A stretch of 64,000 bases of DNA from Acidobacteriota bacterium. Its GTDB lineage: Bacteria > Acidobacteriota > UBA890 > WLXD01. The notes under the pieces were generated by a model. The model ran no database searches. It was not told where the DNA came from and saw only the letters and a program-made list of their open reading frames with translations. The position numbers were made by a program, and so were the translations under genes. Shown in pieces: positions 19,563-30,443 of the stretch; the first letter of the stretch is position 1, and every line of letters starts with the position of its first letter. The DNA lies in contig CBDFKD010000002.1 of NCBI GenBank assembly GCA_965248695.1, positions 5,161,691 to 5,225,690 of the forward strand, in the 5' to 3' direction.

Positions 19563-21118
19563 ATGCCACGCCGCAAGGGCAGGTGCAACGAGTCGGAGTG
19601 CAACAACGCTTCGCGGACATTCGCCGCTGCCGTGCTCATGGCGCTGCTGTCGACGATTGGCTGCGCTGCCGCCTCCAGTCGCGACTCGCCCGTGGTTCGC
19701 GTCGGATCCAAAGCGTTCACCGAGAGTTTTATCCTCGGCGAGCTCATCGCGCAGATCATCGAGGACGAAGGCGAGGCAGCGGTCGAACGCCAGCTGGGAC
19801 TGGGTGGTGCTGCGATTGCGTTCCGGGCTCTGTCGAGCGGCGAGATCGACGTTTATCCCGAGTACACCGGGACACTGACCCACGCAATCCTCCGGGACCC
19901 GGCCGTTGTCGGGGTAACGGAACTTCGCCTGCGTCTGCGAAACATGGGCCTCTCACAGTCAGTGATCCGCTGGGATTCCAGAATACGTATGCGCTGGCGA
20001 TGCATCGCGAGGCGGCCGATTCTCTCGGCATCGAGAAGATTTCCGACCTCCAAGGGCATCCCGAGTTCCGGGCGGCGTTCAGCGCCGGGTACATCGATCG
20101 CGCCGATGGATGGCCGGGCCTACAACGGCGCTACGCACTCGATTTCGCGGACGTCCGAGTGATCGAGCATTCCCTGAGCTACGAAGCGGTGGCTCGCGGA
20201 GAGGTCGACCTGATCGATATCTACTCCACGGACGGCAAGATCGATCGTTACGACCTCCGTATTCTGGCCGACGATCTGGAGTTCTTCCCCGACTACGACG
20301 CCGTGATGGTCGTTCGTGAGGACTTCATCGCTCGGTACCCCCGCAGCTGGGCGCGGCTGGAGGAGCTCCTCGTAGAGGGGTTCGATGACGCCGGGATGGC
20401 ACGGCTCAACGCGCGTTCGGATCTCGACGGAGAGACGCCACGCGCGGTCGCAGCCGCGTTCTTGAACGGTGGACAGCCCGGTCAGCCGAGCACCATCTCG
20501 ATCAGAGACGAGATCCTCGGGCTGACGCTGGACCACGCCTATCTGGTGCTGCTTTCGCTGGGCCTGGCCAGCCTCGTTAGCGTCCCGCTCGGCGTCGTCG
20601 CCGCACGCTTCCGTCGCCTCGGGCAAACTGCTCTGGTGTCGGTGGGGGTCCTGCAGACAATTCCGTCGCTGGCGCTGCTGTGCTTCATGATCCCGTTGTT
20701 CGGAATCGGGCAGGCGCCGTCTCTGGTGGCGTTGTTTCTGTACGCCCTGTTGCCGATCGTTCGCAGCACCTATACAGGGCTCATCAGCCTGGATCGCCAG
20801 CTACTGGAGATCGCGGAGGTGCTGGGGCTCAGCCGCTGGCAACGGCTGGCCCGTGTCGAGTTGCCCCTCGCGTCGGTCCACATCATGGCTGGAATCAAGA
20901 CGTCGGCGGTGCTTACGGTCGGAACGGCGACCCTCGCCGCCTTCGTCGGCGGCGGTGGCTACGGCACGTTGATCGTTCGAGGGTTGGCCATCAATCACAT
21001 CCCGACGATCCTTGCCGGCGCCGTCCCCGCAGCTGCTATGGCGCTGGTAATCCACGCCGGCTTCGAGCTGCTCGACCGGGTCGTGATCCCGGAGGGTTTG
21101 CGGCGAGCCCACCGCTAG
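19563..21118 (+). CDS. Fused substrate-binding domain + permease of betaine/choline-type ABC transporter; apparent frameshift near 19955-19965
   Basis: N-part SKAFTESFILGELIAQ…IDVYPEYTGT (OpuAC/OpuBC-like SBP) in frame 3 continues in frame 2 (VSDPLGFQNTYALAM…) and then into a 6-TM permease domain. Confidence 0.65.
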
Positions 21119-21121
21119 GCC

Positions 21122-21934
21122 TCAAGGACGCTCGGCGGGACCACCACCGCGAGTCTGGGATCGCGGCGTCCGGAACATCATGCCAGGGATTGTTTGCTGG
21201 TCGTCGGCATCGAAATCGTCGAGTCCGATCCGTACTGCATCGACGTCCTCACGCAGACGGAGGCTCCCGAGCACGAAGTCCCAGTAGGGAAACAGCGACC
21301 CGTAGTTGGAGTCCGTCTCGGACCGCTCTCGGCTGTGATGAACGCGATGCATCGCCGGGGTAACGACGAGGAGCAGAAACCCGCGGTCGATCCATCTGGG
21401 CAGCGCGACGTTGGAGTGGTGAACGAGCACCACCGGCAGGACGATCGCTTCGTAGAGCGCCAGATGCCAGATTGACATGCCGATGAGCTGCATCGCGACG
21501 ATCTTGGTAAAGAACGACAGGACTACTTCGACGGTGTGAAAGCGCACGCCGGTGCTGGCGTCCATGAACGGATCAGCGTGGTGCATGCGGTGGAAGCGCC
21601 ACAGAAACGGGATGGCGTGGTTGCCGCGGTGCCACAAGTACATCCAGAAATCGAACAGCACGATGGCCACCAGCGCGCCCAGCCATGCCGGGAGGTCGTA
21701 GGCGCGCAAGAGGCCATAGCCGTTCGCTGCCCCCCAGCTGTTACCGACAATCGCGAGCCCGGAGAAAACAACTGACACGATGACGGAGTTCAGCACGCCC
21801 ATGAAGAGGTTGCGTGCGTCGTGGCGGATGCGCGCGCCGCGGCGGTCGCCGAACTGCGCATAGAACGGTACCCAGGCCTCGCCGAGCCAGAGCGCGATCA
21901 GAACGAGACCGCCGACCAGGGTCTTGGGCTCCAA
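21122..21934 (-). CDS. Fatty-acid hydroxylase/sterol desaturase superfamily membrane protein
   Basis: Three His boxes HRGNH, HRMHH, HRVHH. Confidence 0.7.
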   Translation of the reverse strand: MEPKTLVGGLVLIALWLGEAWVPFYAQFGDRRGARIRHDARNLFMGVLNSVIVSVVFSGLAIVGNSWGAANGYGLLRAYDLPAWLGALVAIVLFDFWMYLWHRGNHAIPFLWRFHRMHHADPFMDASTGVRFHTVEVVLSFFTKIVAMQLIGMSIWHLALYEAIVLPVVLVHHSNVALPRWIDRGFLLLVVTPAMHRVHHSRERSETDSNYGSLFPYWDFVLGSLRLREDVDAVRIGLDDFDADDQQTIPGMMFRTPRSQTRGGGPAERP

Positions 21935-22133
21935 GACCTATACCCAGGCGCAGATGGTCGTCCCGGAGCCGAGAGTCGCGCCGTCAGGTAGTGACGCCAT
22001 TGTGTTTCCGAGTAGAAGGGACCGGTACGGGGCGATGGTATCCTGCGCCAACTTGAGCCGCACTGGCCGACTTGGCGAGGGGACGACGACGAAGGCGCCT
22101 CTGGAACAGCGAGGTCGATGACCACGCGCGGCG

Positions 22134-23576
22134 ATGCGAAGCCCAGGAACGGAGGCGTCGATGCTCTTGAGTGGCGAGATTGCTGAGGTCGGGCAGCGCG
22201 GCCCCGTCCGGCCCCGCCTGCGGCGTGCCTGGGTGGCGACGCTGGTGCTCCCCGTGTTGCTCGGAACCGCGCAGACGCCGTACCGCGCCGCGGAAGGCAA
22301 TATCGAGTTCGCCCTGACCGGTGATTCGATCATCAGTCGACCGTTGTCGGCCTACGTCGAGCCCGAATTCACGGCGATGGTCGAAGCCATACGCGCCGCT
22401 GACCTGGCGTTTACCAACCTGGAGATCGCGCTCCAGACGGTCGACAAGCTGACGCCGATGGTTTCGGATCGGGAAAGCTACATGTTCGCCGACCCGATCA
22501 TCGCCCAGGAGCTCGCATGGGCCGGCTTCGATGCTGTCAGCCGGGCAAACAACCATGCGCTCGACTACGGCTGGGACGGAATGCGCGCTACCAGCCGTGC
22601 TTTGGACGCCGCCGGGGTGGCGCACGCCGGGGTGGGGGAGAACCTCGCACTCGCCGACGAGGCCACCTACGTGCAGACGGCGAACGGCCGTGTGGCGTTG
22701 ATCTCGACCGCGTCGAGCTTCGATACCTTCCATCCGGCGCGGCCCCAGCGCCCCGATATTCGAGCCACCCCGGGACTCAACCCGATCCGCTACCAGCGCA
22801 CGACCACGCTGCCAGCGGACGAGTTCGCGGCCCTCAAGCAGATTGTACGTAGCCTCGGTCAGGGGGTTGACGAGGCGAGCGCAGAGCTTGTTTTCGCCGG
22901 GGAGACGTTCGCCCTCGGCGACGAAGCCGGTGTGAGAACCACCGCCGACCCGACTGATCTTCAACGTATCCTCTCGAGCGTAGATGCCGCTCGGCGCCAG
23001 TCCGACTGGGTGGTCGTCGCTACCCACACGCACGAGAGCGCCGGACGGCGGGAGCTACCGGCTGATTTTCTGGTGCAGTACGCGCGCGCCGCGATCGACG
23101 CTGGGGCGGACGTGTTCGTGGGCACCGGACCGCATGTGCTGCGCGGCATCGAGATCTACAAGGGGCGCCCTATCTTCTACAGCCTGGGCAACTTCTTCTT
23201 CGAGAACGAGACGGTGCGATACCGCCCGTCGGCTGAGTATCGCGATGTGGATCTGCCGGCTGACAGCCGCACGGTCGACTACTACGACTACCGTCAGCAG
23301 ACTCAGGCGGGATATTTCACCCTCGACGCCTGGTTCTGGGAATCGGTCGTGGCGATGCCGAGATTCGAAGCCGGTGCGTTGAAGGAGATCCGCCTCCTAC
23401 CAGTGACGCTGGGTTACGACACGCCCCGTTCGCGTCGCGGCCGACCGATGCTCGCCGGGCCCGAGCTGGCTCGGAAGATCATCGATGATCTGGCGCGGCT
23501 GTCCGCGCCTTACGGCACCGCGGTTCGATTCGAGGATGCTGTAGGTGTGATCACGCCGCCCGTGACCGGGTGGTGA
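22134..23576 (+). CDS. CapA/PgsA-family metallophosphatase-like protein
   Basis: Motifs ANNHALDYG, GTGPHVLRGIE, SLGNFFFE. Confidence 0.65.
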   Translation: MRSPGTEASMLLSGEIAEVGQRGPVRPRLRRAWVATLVLPVLLGTAQTPYRAAEGNIEFALTGDSIISRPLSAYVEPEFTAMVEAIRAADLAFTNLEIALQTVDKLTPMVSDRESYMFADPIIAQELAWAGFDAVSRANNHALDYGWDGMRATSRALDAAGVAHAGVGENLALADEATYVQTANGRVALISTASSFDTFHPARPQRPDIRATPGLNPIRYQRTTTLPADEFAALKQIVRSLGQGVDEASAELVFAGETFALGDEAGVRTTADPTDLQRILSSVDAARRQSDWVVVATHTHESAGRRELPADFLVQYARAAIDAGADVFVGTGPHVLRGIEIYKGRPIFYSLGNFFFENETVRYRPSAEYRDVDLPADSRTVDYYDYRQQTQAGYFTLDAWFWESVVAMPRFEAGALKEIRLLPVTLGYDTPRSRRGRPMLAGPELARKIIDDLARLSAPYGTAVRFEDAVGVITPPVTGW

Positions 23577-24565
23577 TGCGCCGGGGCCTCATCCGAGCTC
23601 TACCTTGGCTCGCCGTCGGCATCCTGGTTTGCGCCGCCTGTACGGAACCGGAGACAGTAACGGGCGATCGACGGCTGCAGATCGCCGTCATTCCGAAGGG
23701 CTCCACGCATCAGTTCTGGAAGAGCATTCACGCCGGCGCCATCAAGGGCGGATTCGAGGCCGACGTGGACGTGCTCTGGCAGGGCCCGGTGCGCGAGGAT
23801 GACCGCCAAATGCAGATCCAGGTGGTGCAGAACTTCATCAGCCGCGCGGTCGACGCCGTTGTTCTGGCGCCGCTCGATTCCCGTAGCCTGGTGGGACCGG
23901 TCGAAGCGGCGGTCGGCCGCGACATCCCGGTGGTCATCATCGACTCGGGATTGGATTCGACCGCCCAGTCAGCGTTCATCGCCACCAACAACTACGAGGG
24001 TGGACGCCTTTGCGGCCTGCGGTTGGCCGAGGTGCTCGGCGGTAGCGGCAAGGTGTTGCTGTTGCGCTTCATGGAGGGTCACGCGAGCACCACGGCTCGG
24101 GAAGAGGGCTTCCTCGACGCCATTGGCGAGTTCCCCGAGATCGAGGTCGTCAGCGACAACCAGCGCGCCGGCGCGACGCTTGAAACGGCCCTGCAGGCCT
24201 CGCAGAATCTGCTCAACAGATTTCCGGAAGTCGACGGGGTCTTCGCCGCCAACGAGACCTCCACACAGGGCATGTTGCGCGCCCTGCAGACTTCTGGCCG
24301 GGCCGGGATCACGCGTCTCGTCGGCTTCGACGCCAACGCGACGTTGATCGCCGCGCTCGAGGCCGGAACCATCCAAGGGCTGGCGGTGCAGGATCCGTTC
24401 GCGATGGGATACCTCGGTGTCAAGACCGCCGCCGCCGCCGCTCGCGGCAACGAGCACGAGGTGTACGTCGAAACCCGCTTGATGATGATTACCGCCGACA
24501 ACATGGCCGAGCCGGCAGCGCGCGAGCTGTTGTCGCCGGATCTGGAAACCTGGCTCGACGAGTGA
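23570..24565 (+). CDS. Sugar ABC transporter substrate-binding lipoprotein (ribose-binding-protein-like)
   Basis: Lipobox LVCAAC; periplasmic binding protein type I pattern. Confidence 0.75.
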   Translation: MVMRRGLIRALPWLAVGILVCAACTEPETVTGDRRLQIAVIPKGSTHQFWKSIHAGAIKGGFEADVDVLWQGPVREDDRQMQIQVVQNFISRAVDAVVLAPLDSRSLVGPVEAAVGRDIPVVIIDSGLDSTAQSAFIATNNYEGGRLCGLRLAEVLGGSGKVLLLRFMEGHASTTAREEGFLDAIGEFPEIEVVSDNQRAGATLETALQASQNLLNRFPEVDGVFAANETSTQGMLRALQTSGRAGITRLVGFDANATLIAALEAGTIQGLAVQDPFAMGYLGVKTAAAAARGNEHEVYVETRLMMITADNMAEPAARELLSPDLETWLDE

Positions 24566-24604
24566 TCCGGGACACGGGCCGCGAGTCAGCGTCTCGGCCT
24601 CACA

Positions 24605-26146
24605 GTGCCTGAGCCCCTTCTGGAGGTTGACGGCATCGAGAAGGCCTTCGGGCCCGTGCGCGCCTTGCGGGGCGTCTCCGTGCGCCTGGAGCGGGGACAG
24701 GTCCTCGGGCTGATTGGCGAGAACGGCGCCGGTAAGAGCACGCTGATGAATGTCCTTACCGGCGTAGCTCAACCGGACCGAGGCAGCATGCGTCTGGCCG
24801 GGGAACGCTACGCGCCCACGTCGCCGTTGGAAGGGATGCGGGCGGGTATCGCCGCGATCCATCAGGAGCTGAGCCTGGCGCCCCACCTGAGCGTCGAGGC
24901 GAACATCACCCTTGGGCGGGAGCTGTCCCAGATCGGGATGCTGCGCTCGCAGCGAGCCCGCGTACGCGAGGTCCTGGCGTTGCTCCAGCACGGAGACATC
25001 GACCCGGGCGTCTCAGTAGGTGAGCTCAGCCTGGCTCGACAGCAGATCGTCGAGATCGCCCGCGCCCTGTTCGCCGACGCCCGCATCGTGGTCATGGACG
25101 AGCCCACGAGCGCGCTTTCGTCGGCCGATACCGACACCTTGTTTCAGGTGGTGGACCGACTCCGGCGACGCGGCGTCGCGTGCATTTTCGTGAGGCACTT
25201 CCTGGAGGAGGTGCGCCGTATCTGTGATCGGTTCACGATGCTGCGCGACGGGCAGACGGTCGCCAGCGGCGCGCTCGAGCAGACCACAGACGACGAGCTC
25301 ATTTGCCATATGGTGGGTCGGGAGGTCGGCGAGCTCTACCCGCAATCGCAACGCCGGCTCGGGGAGGTGCTTCTGCGGGTCAGCGATCTATCAGGCTGCG
25401 ATGGGAAGCCTTCTGGGGCGGACATTACGATCCGCCGCGGCGAGATTCTGGGCCTCGCCGGGCTCGTCGGTGCCGGGCGAAGCGAAACGTTGCGCTCGCT
25501 GTTCGGCCTGCATCGAGCAGTGACCGGACATCTCGTGGTCAACGGCGGATCCGGGCTGCAAGTTCGCGAGCTGACGCCGGCGCATGCCCTGGATCAGGGC
25601 GTCGATCTACTCAGCGAGGATCGGCAACTCGAGGGGCTGGCGCTGGGGATGTCGATCTCCGCCAACGTCACGCTCTCGGCACTAGGGCGGTATCGCAAAT
25701 GGGGACTATTGGATCGGCGCCGCGAAGATGACGGCGCCGCTGGCTGGGCGCGACGGCTCGGAATCAAGATGCACGACACGGCTTCGCCAGCGGCAACGTT
25801 GTCGGGCGGCAATCAACAGCGAGTGTGTCTCGCGCGCCTCCTGCATCGCGACGCGGATGTGTTGTTGATGGACGAGCCGACCAGAGGCATCGACATCGGC
25901 ACCAAAGCCCGTATCTACCGCCTGATGCACGAGCTCGCCGACTCCGGGAAGGGACTCCTGATGACCAGCTCCTACTTGCCCGAGCTGTTCGGAGTCTGTG
26001 ACACGCTGGCGGTCGTTCACCGGGGAGCGATCTCGGCCCCGCGACCTGTCGGCGGATGGACAATGGAAGAGGTGATGCGTCTCGCTACCTCTGGCGCACC
26101 AGACGCTGGCCTACAGGTGCGTACCGCAGGATCGGAGCCGGCTTGA
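24605..26146 (+). CDS. Sugar ABC transporter ATP-binding protein (two ATPase domains, RbsA/MglA-like)
   Basis: Two Walker A sites (GENGAGKST; GLVGAGRSE) and two signature motifs. Confidence 0.85.
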   Translation: MPEPLLEVDGIEKAFGPVRALRGVSVRLERGQVLGLIGENGAGKSTLMNVLTGVAQPDRGSMRLAGERYAPTSPLEGMRAGIAAIHQELSLAPHLSVEANITLGRELSQIGMLRSQRARVREVLALLQHGDIDPGVSVGELSLARQQIVEIARALFADARIVVMDEPTSALSSADTDTLFQVVDRLRRRGVACIFVRHFLEEVRRICDRFTMLRDGQTVASGALEQTTDDELICHMVGREVGELYPQSQRRLGEVLLRVSDLSGCDGKPSGADITIRRGEILGLAGLVGAGRSETLRSLFGLHRAVTGHLVVNGGSGLQVRELTPAHALDQGVDLLSEDRQLEGLALGMSISANVTLSALGRYRKWGLLDRRREDDGAAGWARRLGIKMHDTASPAATLSGGNQQRVCLARLLHRDADVLLMDEPTRGIDIGTKARIYRLMHELADSGKGLLMTSSYLPELFGVCDTLAVVHRGAISAPRPVGGWTMEEVMRLATSGAPDAGLQVRTAGSEPA

Positions 26147-27114
26147 TGGAGACTCCGAAGGTCCGCATCGCAGCACTCGGTCCCTTCATAGGTCTTGCGG
26201 CCGTGGTGATCTTCTTCGCGGCGATAACCCCGCCGGCGTTCCAGTCGCTGTACAACCTCAAGACGATCCTTACGCAGAGCGTCATCGTCGGCATCGCCGC
26301 TCTGGGCATGACATTCGTCATCGTCTCCAGGGGCATCGACCTGAGCGTAGGCTCGCAGATCGCGCTGGGGACTGTCGTCACCGGGCTGGTGGTGAATTCG
26401 GCCGGGCAGGGATTCGTCGGCCCCCTGCTTGGTGCCGCTGCCGGAGTGGCGGCGTGCGTTGCGGTGGGCGCCCTGAGCGGCGTCCTCATCACGCGGTTCA
26501 ACGTCATTCCGTTCATCGTCACGCTCGGGATGATGCAGATCGCGCGCGGCGTCGCCAAATGGCTTGCCCGCGAAGGGACGCTGGCGATCCCGGACAACTG
26601 GCTCAACGATCTGATGCTGGTCGATCCACGCCCGACGTGGTTGATGTTCGCGCCCGGCGTGTGGATCGCGGTGGCGCTCCTGGCTGCTTCGACGGTCATC
26701 CTGATGCACACTGCGTTCGGGCGTTATGTGTTCGCCATCGGCTCCAGCGAGCGCACCGCCCGGCTATGCGGCGTGCGGGTCGAACGGATGAAAGTCGGAA
26801 TCTACGCGCTGAGCGGCTTCTTCACCGGCGTTGCGGCGGTGATGCAGTGTGCCTACCTCACGGTGGGTGACCCGACATCCGCGGCCGGCTTGGAGCTCGA
26901 CATCATCGCCGCAGTCGTGATCGGCGGCGGATCGCTAGGGGGTGGCGAGGGCAGCGCTGTGGGCTCGGTCGCCGGGGCATTGATCATGGCGGTCCTGCGC
27001 AACGGCAGCAACATGCTCGGAGTGCCGCACTACGTGCAGGAGATCATGATCGGCGCGTTCATGCTCGCCCAAAGCAACGGACATGCAAATGTCACGCAAA
27101 CCTATTTTTTGTAG
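26146..27114 (+). CDS. Sugar ABC transporter permease (RbsC-like)
   Basis: Start overlaps previous stop; multiple TM helices; 322 aa. Confidence 0.8.
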   Translation: METPKVRIAALGPFIGLAAVVIFFAAITPPAFQSLYNLKTILTQSVIVGIAALGMTFVIVSRGIDLSVGSQIALGTVVTGLVVNSAGQGFVGPLLGAAAGVAACVAVGALSGVLITRFNVIPFIVTLGMMQIARGVAKWLAREGTLAIPDNWLNDLMLVDPRPTWLMFAPGVWIAVALLAASTVILMHTAFGRYVFAIGSSERTARLCGVRVERMKVGIYALSGFFTGVAAVMQCAYLTVGDPTSAAGLELDIIAAVVIGGGSLGGGEGSAVGSVAGALIMAVLRNGSNMLGVPHYVQEIMIGAFMLAQSNGHANVTQTYFL

Positions 27115-27297
27115 CAACTTACAGGCGACCCTCTTGTGGGGCTAATTCTGTTCTTTCCGGTCTATTTCGGGGTGTTTCCCGGGTTTCCTGGTACAAAAGT
27201 GGTATCGGGGTGCCGGCGCTCGCGCAGCACAGGAGGGTAGCGTGCGGGGCGAGGCGATGTGGCGGCTCGAAGAACTGCTGAGGCTCGGGAGAGCGGC

Positions 27298-28302
27298 ATG
27301 AGGCACTTCCGGCTGATCTGTGCCGACGTGCTGGAGGGCCTCGCCCGGTTACCCGACGAATCGGTCCACTGCGTGATAACGAGTCCGCCGTATTGGAGGC
27401 TGCGCGACTACGGTACCGACGGCCAGCTCGGGCTGGAGGCCACGCCCGAAGAGTACGTGGAGACCATGACGGGCGTGTTCCGCGAGGTGCGCCGTGTGCT
27501 GCGCTCTGACGGCACGCTGTGGCTGAACATGGGCGACTGCTACGCGAGCGGCGGGTACGGGGCACGAGATCCCGAGAGGTGGCCGGAGCAGAGCCGAAAC
27601 AACCATATGCGGCACGCCAGGGCACCAAGCGGCGGCCTCAAGCCCAAGGATCTCGTCGGCATACCTTGGCGGGTCGCCTTAGCGCTACAGGCGGATGGCT
27701 GGTGGCTGCGAAGCGACATCATCTGGGCCAAGTCGCCACCGATGCCGGAATCGGTCAAGGACCGCCCCACGAAAGCGCACGAGTACGTCTTCCTGCTGTC
27801 GAAGTCCGCTCGCTACTGCTACGACGCAGATGCGGTTCGAACGCCCTATCGCCCTGCGACGCGGAGCGATTTGGTTGATGGCAGGTGGCGAAAATCCAAC
27901 ATCTCTGGGTGGGCAAATTCGCCGAACTTTCACGGGGCCAATCCGACTAGTAGGCCGCAGCGCCCTTGTCACCGCGGCGGCAAAGTCAAGCAAGGTGCGA
28001 ACCTGCGCTCGGTCTGGACCATCTCGAATAGCGGCAAAGATGCGTTTCCCGAAGCGCACTTCGCAACCTTCCCGACCAAGCTCGTGGAGCCGTGTGTGCT
28101 GGCCGGCTGCCCCGAAGGCGGTGTCGTGCTTGACCCCTTCTGCGGCTCAGGCACCACGGGCGTCGTCGCACTCCGCGCAGACCGGCGCTTCGTGGGTATC
28201 GAGCTCAATGAGCAGTACGTGGAGATGGCGCGCCGCAGGATCGGAGATGACGCGCCGCTGCTGAACCGCGAGGACCCGATGCTCCTGGATCTAGCGGCAT
28301 GA
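27298..28302 (+). CDS. Phage DNA methyltransferase (beta-class amino-MTase, N4-C or N6-A)
   Basis: SPPY motif IV near N-terminus, DPFCGSGTT motif I near C-terminus. Confidence 0.8.
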   Translation: MRHFRLICADVLEGLARLPDESVHCVITSPPYWRLRDYGTDGQLGLEATPEEYVETMTGVFREVRRVLRSDGTLWLNMGDCYASGGYGARDPERWPEQSRNNHMRHARAPSGGLKPKDLVGIPWRVALALQADGWWLRSDIIWAKSPPMPESVKDRPTKAHEYVFLLSKSARYCYDADAVRTPYRPATRSDLVDGRWRKSNISGWANSPNFHGANPTSRPQRPCHRGGKVKQGANLRSVWTISNSGKDAFPEAHFATFPTKLVEPCVLAGCPEGGVVLDPFCGSGTTGVVALRADRRFVGIELNEQYVEMARRRIGDDAPLLNREDPMLLDLAA

Positions 28303-28622
28303 TCAGCTTCGAGTCCCCCGCGATCCCCGACGTTGAAGGCGTGGACATCGCCCCGGAGCGCGCACTTGCCGCTGCGGTGATCCGTCGGGCGATTGTCGAC
28401 CTGGGCATGGTGGCAACGTGGCGTGATCGAACCGAGCGGCCCGCTTGCACGTGCAAGAGGCTACGGGAGATCGGCCCCGAATCAGACCTGGTTGCGTGGT
28501 TGTCGCACCCGGAGGAGTTGCGCCCCTGCTCGCTGGGCTGGTGGTGTCAGTACATCGGTGCTGACCCGGTGGCGCTCACCGAACAACTGCGTCATCGAGG
28601 GCTCTTGGAGGCAGCGGCATGA
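28299..28622 (+). CDS. Hypothetical phage protein
   Basis: ATGA overlap with flanking genes; 107 aa. Confidence 0.4.
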   Translation: MISFESPAIPDVEGVDIAPERALAAAVIRRAIVDLGMVATWRDRTERPACTCKRLREIGPESDLVAWLSHPEELRPCSLGWWCQYIGADPVALTEQLRHRGLLEAAA

Positions 28623-29866
28623 CTCCAACGCCCCGCCGGATCGAGGATCTGCAGCCGGCGCCCTACAACCCGCGCACTATCGATGCCCCCTCGCTGGAGG
28701 CGCTGAAGGCATCGCTGGGTACCTTCGGCGACCTCTCAGGTATCACCTTCAACGAGCGCACCGGGCACCTCGTTACGGGCCACCAGCGCGTGCGTGTGCT
28801 ACGCGAACAGCACGGCGAGTCAGCGCGCATCCGTCACGCCGGCAAGGAAGCGTACCTACACGTGGGCTCCGAGCGGTTCCGGTTGCGCGTCGTGAACTGG
28901 GACGAGGAGACGGAGCGCGCCGCGAACATCGCCGCCAACTCGCCCCTGCTCGCAGGCATCTTCACGGACGATCTACCCGACCTGGTGGCGCTGGCCCAAG
29001 AGGAGTTGCCGGAGCTGACCGATGCGCTCCGATTCGATGATCTGCTGGAAACGCTCGACATGGGACCGGAGCCCATCGAACTGCAAGATGACGAGGTGCC
29101 AGAGCCACCAGCCAACCCGGTGACCAAGCCCGGGGACGTATGGACACTGGGGGATCACCGGCTTATCTGTGGCGACGCGCAGGATCCTGGTGTCGTCGCC
29201 GCGCTGCTCGGCGATCATGTCCCGTTGCTCATGATCACCGATCCGCCCTACGGCGTGGAGTACGAGCCGGAATGGCGCGAACGTGATTTGGGAGAAAAAC
29301 ATGCGGGCCGGCGGTCCGGGATTGTACGCAACGACGATTGCGCCGACTGGCGAGAGGCGTTCACCCACTTTACCGGCGATGTCGCCTACGTATGGCACGC
29401 ATCCTTGTTCGGTGCGGTCGTGCTCGAAGGGTTAGCGGCGGCGCGGTTGGGGCCTCGTGCCCAGATCATATGGGCCAAGCCGCAGGGCGTGATCTCACGT
29501 GGTCACTATCAATGGGCTCATGAGCCGGCCTGGTACGCGGTGCGCCGCGGCCGGAGCGCGCGCTGGAGCGGAGACCGGTGCCAAAGCACGCTCTGGCGCA
29601 TCTCCAACCAGCTACGAGCCTCCGAAGGCAAGACGGACCACTCGACGCAAAAGCCGCTTGAGTGCATGGGCCGTCCGATGCGCAACCACGGCAAGGTCGG
29701 CGATGGGGTCTATGACCCGTTCGTGGGCTCGGGTACCACGCTCATCGCCGCCGAGCAGCTGGAGCGCCGCTGTTTCGCCATCGAGATCGACCCCGGCTAC
29801 TGCGACGTAACCGTCGAGCGCTGGGAAAACCTGACCGGCTCCAAGGCCAACCGGTGCACCCCGTGA
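28619..29866 (+). CDS. ParB-like nuclease domain fused to DNA methyltransferase
   Basis: N-terminal ParB/Srx-like segment (…LVTGHQRVRVL…), C-terminal MTase with DPPYGVEY and DPFVGSGTT. Confidence 0.8.
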   Translation: MTPTPRRIEDLQPAPYNPRTIDAPSLEALKASLGTFGDLSGITFNERTGHLVTGHQRVRVLREQHGESARIRHAGKEAYLHVGSERFRLRVVNWDEETERAANIAANSPLLAGIFTDDLPDLVALAQEELPELTDALRFDDLLETLDMGPEPIELQDDEVPEPPANPVTKPGDVWTLGDHRLICGDAQDPGVVAALLGDHVPLLMITDPPYGVEYEPEWRERDLGEKHAGRRSGIVRNDDCADWREAFTHFTGDVAYVWHASLFGAVVLEGLAAARLGPRAQIIWAKPQGVISRGHYQWAHEPAWYAVRRGRSARWSGDRCQSTLWRISNQLRASEGKTDHSTQKPLECMGRPMRNHGKVGDGVYDPFVGSGTTLIAAEQLERRCFAIEIDPGYCDVTVERWENLTGSKANRCTP

Positions 29867-29885
29867 TCATCCCAGGCACACACCC

Positions 29886-30443
29886 ATGAACAACCGCTGC
29901 ACGGCGATTACCACGAGCACCGGAAAACGCTGCAAACGCAAGGCGTTACCCGGATCGGATCGGTGTGCCATCCCCTCGCATGCCGAAGATGTTGTCCAGG
30001 AATGTCCAGGAGCCAACGTGCGCGCGCGCGCGAGGGATTGGGAATCGGTCTACTTCAAAGCGTTAGAGCGTGGACACACCAAGGAGTCTGCTGCCGGTGT
30101 CGCTGGCGTCAGCGCGGCAACGCCCTACAAGCGCGTGCAGCGGGGAGACACGGCGTTCGCCGAGCAGGAGGACATTCACTACAACCGGGGCTTGGGGATG
30201 CTCATGGAGGTGGCGCGGCGACGCATCCTGGATCCCAAGCGCCCTGGAGATCTCGTGCTCAAGCATCTGCTATCGGTTCGTGGCGTCAGCGAGCGCGTGC
30301 AAGTGACGGGTGCCGACGATGGCCCGGTCATCACCAGGATCGAGCGGGTCATCGTGTATCCCGAGAATCGGAATGACGATGCAGACGCTGACCCTAAGGC
30401 TGATGCAGCCGCCGGCCCCGAGGCTCAGGACGATGCGGCATGA
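29886..30443 (+). CDS. Putative terminase small subunit/DNA-binding protein
   Basis: Position immediately upstream of terminase large subunit; basic N-terminus; overlaps terL start. Confidence 0.4.
   Translation: MNNRCTAITTSTGKRCKRKALPGSDRCAIPSHAEDVVQECPGANVRARARDWESVYFKALERGHTKESAAGVAGVSAATPYKRVQRGDTAFAEQEDIHYNRGLGMLMEVARRRILDPKRPGDLVLKHLLSVRGVSERVQVTGADDGPVITRIERVIVYPENRNDDADADPKADAAAGPEAQDDAA

Noticed and set aside
27119-27628. 169-aa minus-strand ORF at the prophage left junction
   Set aside because: Off-frame Arg/Pro-rich translation overlapping the methyltransferase gene start; no motif.
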